DNA of 64,000 bases from NCBI RefSeq assembly GCF_009914755.1, contig NC_060934.1. One strand, written 5' to 3'. How positions within the stretch are numbered: position 1 is the stretch's first letter; each line of letters begins with the position of its first letter. The translations under genes and the position numbers were made by a program. This stretch comes from the human T2T-CHM13v2.0 reference genome, Homo sapiens. The notes under the pieces are model-generated. The model saw nothing but the letters and a program-made list of their open reading frames with translations. It did no database searches and was not told the DNA's origin. This document shows, one piece after another, positions 45,101-57,200 of the stretch.

Positions 45101-48100
45101 ATCCTCAAATGGATTCGAATGGAATTTTCGAATGCAATCGAATGGAATTATGGAATGCAATCGAATAGAATCATCGCATGGACTCGAATGGAATCATCGA
45201 ATGGAATGGAATGGAATACTCAATGAACTCGAATGGAATCATCATTGAATGGAATCGAATGGAATCACGATCAAATGGAATCAAATGTAATCACGATCAA
45301 ATGGAATCGAATGTAATCATCATCAAATGGAATCAAAAATAACCATCATCAATTGGTATTGAATGGAATTGTCATCAAATGGAATTCAAAGGAATCATCA
45401 TCAAATGGAATCGAATGGAATCATCATCAAATGGAATCTAATGGTATCATTGAACGGAATTGAATGGAATCGGCATTGAATGAATTGAATGCAATCATCG
45501 AATGGTCTCTAATGGAATCATCTTCAAATGGAAGGGAATGGAATCATCGCATAGAATCGAATGGAATTATCATTGAATGGACTAAAATGGAATCAACATC
45601 AAACGGAATTATCGAATGGAATTGAAGAGAATCATCGAATGGACTCGAATGGAATCATCTAATGAAATAGAATGGAATAATCCATGAACTCGAATGCAAT
45701 CATCCTCAAATGCAATGGAATGGAATCGTCGAATGGACTCGAATTCAATAAACATTGAACGGAATCGAATGCAATCATCATCGGATGGAAACTAATGGAA
45801 TCATCATCGAATGGAATCGAATGGAATCTTCAAATGGGATCAGATGGAATCATCATCAAATGGAATCATATAGAATTATGTAATGAAATCGATAATGATC
45901 ATCATGGAATGGACTCGAATGGAAACATCATCCAATGGAAACTAATGGAATCAACATCGAATGGAATCGAATGGAAACACCATCGAATTGCAACGAATGG
46001 ATTATCATGAAATTGAAATGGAAGGACTCATCATCAAATGGATTGGAATGGAAACATCGAATGAAATTGATTGAAATCATCATCAAATGGAATCGAAAGG
46101 AATCATTGAATGGAATCGAATGGAATCATCATCAGATGGAAATGAATGGAATCATCATAGTATGGAATCGAATGGATTCATTGAATGGAATCAGATGGAA
46201 TCATCGAATGGACTTGAATGGAATCATTGAATGGACTCGAATTTAATAATTATTGAATGGAATTGAATGGAATCATCGAATGGTCCCGAATGGTATCATT
46301 ATCAAATGGAATCGAATGGAATCACCGAATAGAATCGAATGGAATAATCATCGAATGGATTCAAATGGAATTATCCTCAAATGGAATCGAATGGAATTTT
46401 CGAATGCAATCGAATGGAATTATCGAATGTAATCGAATATAATCATCGAATGGACTCGAATGGAATCATCGAATGGAATGGAATGGAATAGTCAATGAAC
46501 TCGAATGGAATCATCATTGAATGGAATCGAATGGAATCATCGAGTGGAATCGAATGGAATCACGATGAAATGGAATCGAATGGAATCACGATCAAATGGA
46601 ATCGAATGTAATCATCATCAAATGGAGTTAAAAATAACCATCTTCAATTGGTATTGAATGGAATTGTCATCAAATGGAATTCAAAGGAATCATCATCAAA
46701 TGGAATCGAATGGAATCATCATCAAATGGAATCTAATGGTATCATTGAACGGAATTGAATGGAATCGTCATCGAATGTATTGAATGCAATCATCGAATGG
46801 TCTCGAATGGAATCATCTTCAAATGGAATGGAATGGAATCATCGCATAGTATCGAATTGAATTATCATCGAATGGACTCGAATGTAATCATCTATTGAAA
46901 TAGAATGGAATAATCCATGGACTCGAATGCAATCATCATCAAATGGAATCGAATGGAATCGTCGAATGGACTCGAATGGAATAAACATTGAACGGAATCG
47001 AATGGAATCATCACCGAATGGAAATGAATGGAATCATCATCGAATGGAATCGAATGGAATCATCAAATGGAATCAGATGGAATCATCATCAAATGGAATC
47101 CAATAGAATTATGGAATGAAATCCAATGTGATCATCATCGAATGGACTCGAATAGAATCATCATCCAATGGAAACTAGTAGAATGAACCTCTAATGGACT
47201 CAAATGGAATTATCCTCAAATGGATTCGAATGGAATTTTCGAATGCAATCGAATGGAATTATCGAATGCAATCGAATAGAATCATCGCATGGACTCGAAT
47301 GGAATCATCGAATGGAATGGAATGGAATACTCAACGAACTCGAATGGAATCATCCTTGAATGGAATCGAATGGAATCACGATCAAATGGAATCAAATGTA
47401 ATCACGATCAAATGGAATCGAATGTAATCATCATCAAATGGAAACAAAAATAACCATCATCAATTGGTATTGCATGGAATTGTCATCAAATGGAATTCAA
47501 AGGAATCATCATCAAATGGAATCGAATGGAATCATCATCAAATGGAATCTAATGGTATCATTGAACGGAATTGAATGGAATCGGCATTGAATGAATTGAA
47601 TGCAATCATCAAATGGTCTCTAATGGAATCATCTTCAAATGGAAAGGAATGGAATCATCGCATAGAATCGAATGGAATTATCATTGAATGGACTAAAATG
47701 GAATCAACATCAAACGGAATCAAACGGAATTATCGAATGGAATTGAAGAGAATCATCGAATGGCCACGAATGGAATCATCTAATGGAATGGAATGGAATA
47801 ATCCATGGACCCGAATGCAATCATCATCGAATAGAATCGAATGGAATCATCGAATGGACTCGAATGCAATAATCATTGAACGGAATCGAATGGAATCATT
47901 GTCGAATGGAAACGAATGGAATCATCATCGAATGGCAATGAAAGGAGTCATCATCTAATGGAATCGCATGGAGTCATCATCAAATGGAATCGAATGGAAT
48001 CATCATCGAATGGAATCTAGTGGAATCATTGAACGGAATTGAATGGAATCGTCATCGAATGAATTGAATGCAATCATCGAATGGTCTCGAATGGAATCAT

Positions 48101-49700
48101 CTTCAAATGGAATGGAATGGAATCATCGCATAGAATCGAATGGAATTATCATCGAATGGACTCAAATGGAATCAACATCAATCGGAATCAAACGGAATTA
48201 TCGAATGGAATCAAAGAGAATCATCAAATGGACTCGAATGGAATCATCTAATGAAATGGAATGGAATAATCCATGGACTCGAATGCAATCATCATCAAAT
48301 GGAATCGAATGGAATCGTCGAATGGACTCGAATGCAATAAACATTGAACGGAATCGAATGGAATCTTCACCGGATGGAAACGAATGGAATCATCATCGAA
48401 TGGAATCGAATGGAATCATCAAACGGAATCAGATGGAATCATCATCAAATGGAATCGAATAGAATTATGGAATGAAATCCAATGTGATCATCATCGAATG
48501 GACTCGAACGGAATCATCATCCAGTGGAAACTAATGGAACAAACATCGAATGGAATCGAATGGAAATACCGTCGAATTGAAACGAATGGAATTATCATGA
48601 AATTGAAATGGATGGACTCATCATCGAATGGATTCCAATGGAATCATCGAATGAAATTGATAGAAATCCTCATCAAATGGAATCGGTTGGAATCATTGAA
48701 TGAAATCGAATGGAATAATCATCAGATGGAAATGAATGGAATCATCACAGAATGGAATTGAATGGATTCATTGAATTGAATCAGATGGAATCATCGAATG
48801 GACTTGAATGGAATCATTGAATGGACTCGAATGGAATCATTATTGCATGGAATTGAATGGAATCATCGAATGGTCTCGAATGGAATCATTATCAAATGGA
48901 ATCGAATGGAATCACCGAATAGAATCGAATGGAACAATCATCGAATGGACTCAAATGGAATTCTCCTCAAATGGAACCGAATGGAATTATCGAATGCAAT
49001 CGAATGGAATTATCGAATGCAATCGAATAGAATCATCGAATGGACTCGAATGGAATCATCGAATGGAAGGGAATGGAATAGTCAATGAACTCGAATCATC
49101 ATTGAATGGAATCGAATGGAATCATCGAGTGGAATCGAATGTATTCATGATCAAATGGAATCGAATGGAATCATGATTGAATGGAATCGAATGGAATCAT
49201 CGAGTGGAATCGAATGGAATCATGATCAAATGGAAACGAATGTAATCATCCTCAAATGGAATCAAAAATAACCATCATCAAATGGTAATGAATGGAATTG
49301 TCATCAAATGGAATTCAAAGGAATCATCATCAAATGGAACCGAATGGAATCCTCATTGAATGGAAATGAAAGGAGTCATCATCTAATGGAATGGCATGGA
49401 ATCATCATCAAATGGAATCGAATGGAATCATGATCAAATGGAATCTAATGGAATCCTTGAACGGAATTGAATGGAATCGTCATCGAATGAATTGAATGCA
49501 ATCATCGAATGGTCTCGAATGGAATCATCTTCAAATGGAAAGGAATGGAATCATCGCATAGAATCGAATGGAATTATCATTGAATGGACTCGAATGGAAT
49601 CAACATCAAACGGAATCAAATGGAATTATCGAATAGAATCGAAGAGAATCATCGAATTGTCACGAATGGAATCATCTAATGGAATGGAATGGAATAATCC
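35300..49700 (+). repeat. Haplotype-Y domain 2 (interrupted by a duplicated X patch at ~36800-37700)
   Basis: Y markers throughout: CGGCATTG, GGACTAAAATGG, GGTATTGCATGG, TCACGATC, AATTATGTAATG, GGTCCCG. Confidence 0.72.
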
Positions 49701-52700
49701 ATGGACCCGAATGCAATCATCATCGAATAGAATCGAATGCAATCATTGAATGGACTCGAATGCAATAATCATTGAACGAAATCGAATGGAATCATCGTCG
49801 AATGGAAACGAATGGAATCATCATCGAATGGAAATGAAAGGAGTCATCATCTAATGGAATCGCATGGAATCATCATCAAATGGAATCCAATGGAATCATC
49901 ATCGAATGGAATCTAATGGAATCATTGAACGGAATTGCATGGAATCGTCATTGAATGAATTGAATGCAATCATCGAATGGTGTCGAATGGAATCATCTTC
50001 AAATGGAATGGAATGGAATCATCGCATAGAATCGAATGGAATTATCATCGAATGGACTCAAATGGAATCAACATCAAACGGAATCAAACGGAATTATAGA
50101 ATGGAATCAAAGACAATCATCGAATGGACTCGAATGGAATCATCTAATGAAATAAAATGGAATAATCCATGGACTCGAATGCAATCATCATCAAATGGAA
50201 TCGAATGGAATCGTCGAATGGACTCGAGAGGAATAAACATTCAACAGAATCGAATGGAATCGTCACCGGATGGAAACGAAGGGAATCATCATCGAATGGA
50301 ATCGAATGGAATCATCAAATGGAATCAGATGGAATCATCATCAAATGGAATCGAATAGAATTATGGAATGAAATCCAATGTGATCATCATCGAATGGACT
50401 CGAACGGAATCATCATCCAATGGAAACTAATGGAATCAACATCGAATGGAATCGAATGGAAACGCCATCCAATTGAAACGAATGGAATTATCATGAAATT
50501 GAAATGGATGGACTCATCATGGAATGGATTCGAATGGAATCACCGAATGAAATTGGGAGAAATCATCATCGAATGGAATCGAATGGAATCATTGAATGGA
50601 ATCGAATGGAATCATCATCAGATGGAAATGAATGGAATCATCACTGAATGGAATCGAATGGATTCATTGAATGGAATCTGATGGAATCATCGAATGGACT
50701 TGAATGGAATCATTGAATGGACTCGAATGGAAACTTTATTGAATGGAATTGAATGGAATCATCGAAAGGTCTCGCATGGAATCATTATCAAATGTAATCG
50801 AATGGAATCACCGAATAGAATCGAATGGAACAATCATCGAATGGACTCAAATGGAATTATCCTCAAGTGGAATCGAATGGAATTATCGAATGCAATCGAA
50901 TGGAATTATCGAATGCAATCGAATAGAATCATCGAACGCACTCGAATGGAATCATCGAATGGAATGGAATGGAACAGTCAATGAACTCGAATGGAATCAT
51001 CATTGAATGGAATCGAATGGAATCATGAAGTGGAATCGAATGGAATCATGATCAAATGAAATCGAATGTAATCATCATCAAATGGAATCAAAAATAACCA
51101 TCATCAATTCGTACTGAATGGAATTGTCATCAAATTGAATTCAATGAATCATCATCAAATGGAACCGAATGGAATCCTCATTGAATGGAAATGAAAGGAG
51201 ACATCATCTAATGGAATGGCATGGAATCATCATCAAATGGAATCGAATGGAATCATCATCAAATGGAATCGAATGGAATCAATGAACGGAATTGAATCGA
51301 ATCGTCATCGAATGAATTGAATGCAATCATCGAATGGTCTCGAATGGAATCACCTTCAAATGGAAAGGAATGGAATCATCGCATAGAATCGAATGGAATT
51401 ATCATCGAATGGACTCGAATGGAATCAACATCAAACGGAATCAAACGGAATTATCGAATGGAATCGAAGAGAATCATCGAATGGCCACGAATGGAATCAT
51501 CTAATGGAATGGAATGGAATAATCCATGGACCCGAATGCAATCATCATCGAATAGAATCGAATGGAATCATCGAATGGACTCGAATGGAATAATCATTGA
51601 ACGCAATCGAATGGAATCATCGAGTGCAATCGAATGGAATCATGATCAAATGGAATCGAATGTAATCATCATCAAATGGAATCCAAAATCACCATCATCA
51701 ATTGGTACTGAATGGAATTGTCATCAAATGGAATTCAAAGGAATCATCATCAAATGGAACCGAATGGAATCCTCATTGAATGGAAATGAAAGGAGTCATC
51801 ATCTAATGGAATCGCATGGAATCATCATCAAATGGAATCGAATGGAATCATCATCAAATGGAATCGAATGGAATCATTGAACGGAATTGAATCGAATCGT
51901 CATCGAATGAATTGAATGCAATCATCGAATGGTCTCGAATGGAATCATCTTCAAATGGAAAGGAATGGAATCATCGCATAGAATCGAATGGAATTATCAT
52001 CGAATGGACTCGAATGGAATCAACATCAAACGGAATCAAACGGAATTATCGAATGGAATCGAAGAGAATCATCGAATGGACTCGAATGGAATCATCTAAT
52101 GGAATGGAATGGAATAATCCATGGACCCGAATGCAATCATCATCGAATAGAATCGAATGCAATCATCGAATGGACTCGAATGGATTAATCATTGAACCAA
52201 ATCCAATGGAATCATCATCGAATGGAAACGAATGGAATCATCATCGAATGGAAATGGAAGGAGTCATCATCTAATGGAATCGCATGGAATCATCATCAAA
52301 TGGAATCAAATGGAATCATCATCGAATGGAATCTAATGGAATCATTGAACGGAATTGCATGGAATCGTCATCGAATGAATTGAATGCAATCATCGAATGG
52401 TCTCGAATGGAATCATCTTCAAATGGAATGGAATGGAATCATCGCATAGAATCGAATGGAATTATCATCGAATGGACTCAAATGGAATCAACATCAAACG
52501 GAATCAAACGGAATTATCGAATGGAATCGAAGAGAATCATCGAATGTACTCGAATGGAATCATCTAATGAAATAGAATGGAATAATCCATGGACTCGAAT
52601 GCAATCATCATCAAATGGAATCGAATGGAATCGTCGAATGGACTCGAGTGGAATAAACATTCAATGGAATCGAATGGAATCGTCACCGGATGGAAACGAA

Positions 52701-54200
52701 TGGAATCATCATCGAATGGAATCGAATGGAATCATCAAATGGAATCAGATGGAATCATCATCAAATGGAATCGAATAGAATTATGGAATGAAATCCAATG
52801 TGATCATCATCGAATGGACTCGAACGGAATCATCATCCAATGGAAACTAATGGAATCAACATCGAATGGAATCGAATGGAAACGCCATCGAATTGAAACG
52901 AATGGAATTATAATGAAATTGAAATGGATGGACTCATCATGGAATGGATTCGAATGGAATCACCGTATGAAATTGATAGAAATAATCATCAAATGGAATC
53001 GAACGGAATCATTGAATGACATCGAATGGAATCATCATCAGATGGAAATGAATAGAATCATCACTGAATGGAATTGAATGGATTCATTGAATGGAATCTG
53101 ATGGAATCATCGAATGGACTGGAATGGAATGATTGAATGGACTCGAATGGAATCTTTATTGAATGGAATTGAATGGAATCATCGAATGGTCTCGAATGGA
53201 ATCATTATCAAATGGAATCGAATGGAATCACCGAATAGAATCGAATGGAACAATCATCGAATGGACTCAAATGGAATTATCCTCAAATGGAATCGAATGG
53301 ATTTATCGAATGCAATCGACTGGAATTATCGAAAGCAATCGAATAGAATCATCGAATGGACTCGAATGGAATCATCGAATGGAATGGAATGGAAGAGTCA
53401 ATGAACTCGAATGGAATCATCATTGAATGGAATCGAATGGAATCATCGAGTGGAATCGAATGGAATCATGATCAAATGGAATCGAATGTAATCATCATCA
53501 AATGGAATCCAAAATCACCATCATCAATTGGTTCCTAATGGAATTGTCATCAAATGGAATTCAAAGGAATCATCATCAAATGGAACCGAATGGAATCCTC
53601 ATTGAATGGAAATGAAAGGAGTCATCATCTAATGGAATCGCATGGAATCATCATCAAATGGAATTGAATGGAATCATCATCAAATGGAATCGAATGGAAT
53701 CATTGAACGAAATTGAATGGAATCGTCATCGAATGAATTGAATGCAATCATTGAATGGTCTCGAATGGAATCATCTTCAAATGGAAAGGAATGGAATCAT
53801 CGCATAGAATCGAATGGAATTATCATTGAATGGACTCGAATGGAATCAACATCAAATGGAATCAAACGGAATTATCGAATGGAATCGAAGAGAATCATCG
53901 AATGGCCACGTATGGAATCATCTAATGGAATGGAATGGAATAATCCATGGACCCGAATGCAATCATCATCGAATAGAATCGAATGGAATCATCGAATGGA
54001 CTCGAATGGAATAATCATTGAACGCAATCGAATGGAATCATCGAGTGGAATCGAATGGAATCATGATCAAATGGAATCGAATGTAATCATCATCAAATGG
54101 AATCCAAAATCACCATCATCAATTGGTACTGAATGGAATTGTCATCAAATGGAATTCAAAGGAATCATCATCAAATGGAACCGAATGGAATCCTCATCGA
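49700..54200 (+). repeat. Haplotype-X domain 3
   Basis: X markers return. 49864..50358 translates almost identically to 3806..4300. Confidence 0.72.
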
Positions 54201-57200
54201 ATGGAAATGAAAGGAGTCATCATCTAATGGAATCGCATGGAGTCATCATCAAATGGAATCGAATGGAATCATCATCGAATGGAATCGAATGGAATCATTG
54301 AACGGAATTGAATGGAATCGTCATCGTATGAATTGAATGCAATCATCGAATGGTCTCGAATGGAATCATCTTCAAATGGAATGGAATGGAATCATCGCAT
54401 AGAATCGAATGGAATTATCATCGAATGGACTCAAATGGAATCAACATCAATCGGAATCAAACGGAATTATCGAATGGAATCGAAGAGAATCATCGAATGG
54501 ACTCGAATGGAATCATCTAATGAAATAGAATGGAATAATCCATGGATTCGAATGCAATCATCATCAAATGGAATCGAATGGAATCGTCGAATGGACTCGA
54601 ATGCAATAAACATTGAACGGAATCGAATGGAATCTTCACCGGATGGAAACGAATGGAATCATCATCGAATGGAATCGAATGGAATCATCAAACGGAACCA
54701 GATGGAATCATCATCAAATGGAATCAAAAATAACCATCATCAATTGGTATTGAATGGAATTGTCATCAAAAGGAATTCAAAGGAATCATCATCAAATGGA
54801 ATCGAATGGAATCATCATCAAATGGAATCTAATGTTATCATTGAACGGAATTGAATGGAATCGGCATTGAATGAATTGAATGCAATCATCAAATAGTCTC
54901 TAATGCAATCATCTTCAAATGGAAAGGAATGGAATCATCGCATAGAATCGAATGGAATTATCATTGAATGGACTAAAATGGAATCAACATCAAACGGAAT
55001 CAAACGGAATTATCAAATGGAATTGAAGAGAATCATCGAATGGCCACGAATGGAATCATCTAATGGAATGGAATGGAATAATACATGGACCCGAATGCAA
55101 TCATCATCGAATAGAATCGAATGGAATCGTCTAATGGACTCGAATGCAATAATCATTGAACGGAATCGAATGGAATCATCGTCGAATGGAAACGAATGGA
55201 ATCATCATCGAATGGAAATGAAAGGAGTCATCATCTAATGGAATCGCATGGAATCATCAGCAAATGGAATCGAATGGAATCATCATCGAATGGAATCTAA
55301 TGGAATCATTGAACGGAATTGAATGGAATCGTCATCGAATGTATTGAATGCAATCATCGAGTGGTCTCGAATGGAATCATCTTCAAATGGAATGGAATGG
55401 AATCATCGCATAGAATCGAATTGAATTATCATCGAATGGACTCGAATGTAATCATCTATTGAAATAGAATGGAATAAACCATGGACTCGAATGCAACCAT
55501 CATCAAATGGAATCGAATGGAATCGTCGAATGGACTCGAATGGAATAAACATTGAACGGAATCGAATGGAATCATCACCGAATGGAAATGAATTGAATCA
55601 TCATCGAATGGAATGGAATGGAATCATCAAATGGAATCAGATGGAATCATCATCAAATGAAATCCAATAGAATTATGGAATGAAATCCAATGTGATCATC
55701 ATCGAATGGACTCGAATAGAATCATCATCCAATGGAAACTAATAGAATCAACATCTAATGGACTCAAATGGAATTATCCTCAAATGGATTCGAATGGAAT
55801 TTTCGAATGCAATCGAATGGAATTATCGAATGCAATCGAATAGAATCATCGCATGGACTCGAATGCAATCATCGAATGGAATGTAATGGAATAACAATGA
55901 ACTCGAATGGAATCATCATTGAATGGAATCGAATGGAATCACGATCAAATGGAATCAAATGTAATCACGGTCAAATGGAATCGAATGTAATCATCATCAA
56001 ATGGAATCAAAAATAACCATCATCAATTGGTATTGCATGGAATTGTCATCAAATTGAATTCAAAGGAATCATCATCAAATGGAATCGAATGGAATCATCA
56101 TCAAATGGAATCTAATGGTATCATTGAACGGAATTGAATGGAATCGGCATTGAATGAATTGAATGCAATCATCGAATGGTCTCTAATGGAATCATCTTCA
56201 AATGGAAAGGAATGGAATCATCGCATAGAATCGAATGGAATTATCATTGAATGGACTAAAATGGAATCAACATCAAACGGAATCAAACGGAATTATCGAA
56301 TGGAATTGAAGAGAATCATCAAATGGCCACGAATGGAATCATCTAATGGAATGGAATGGAATAATCCATGGACCCGAATGCAATCATCATCGAATAGAAT
56401 CGAATGGAATCATCGAATGGACTCGAATGGAATAATCATTGAACGGAATCGAATGGAATCATTGTCGAATGGAAACGAAAGGAATCACCATCGAATGGCA
56501 ATGAAAGGAGTCATCATCTAATGGAATCGCATGGAGTCATCATCAAATGGAATCTAATGGAATAATCACCGAATGGAATCTAATGGAATCATTGAACGGA
56601 ATTGAATGGAATCGTCATCGAATGAATTGAATGCAATCATCGAATGGTCTCGAATGGAATCATCTTCAAATGGAATGGAATGGAATCATCGCATAGAATC
56701 GAATGGAATTATCATCGAATGGACTCAAATGGAATCAACATCAATCGGAATCAAACGGAATTATCGAATGGAATCGAAGAGAATCATCGAATGGACTCGA
56801 ATGGAATCATCTAATGAAATAGAATGGAATAATCCATAGACTCGAATGCAATCATCATCAAATGGAATCGAATGGAATCGTCGAATGGACTCGCATGCAA
56901 TAAACATTGAACGGAATCGAATGGAATCTTCACCGGATGGAAACGAATGGAATCATCATCGAATGGAAACGAATGGAATCATCAAACGGAATCAGATGGA
57001 ATCATCATCAAATGGAATCGAATAGAATTATGGAATGAAATCCAATGTGATCATCATCGAATGGAATCGAACAGAATCATCATCCATTGGAAACTAATGG
57101 AACAAACATCGAATGGAATTGAATGGAAACACCGTCGAATTGAAACGAATGGAATTATCATGAAATTGAAATGGATGGACTCATCATCGAATGGATTCGA

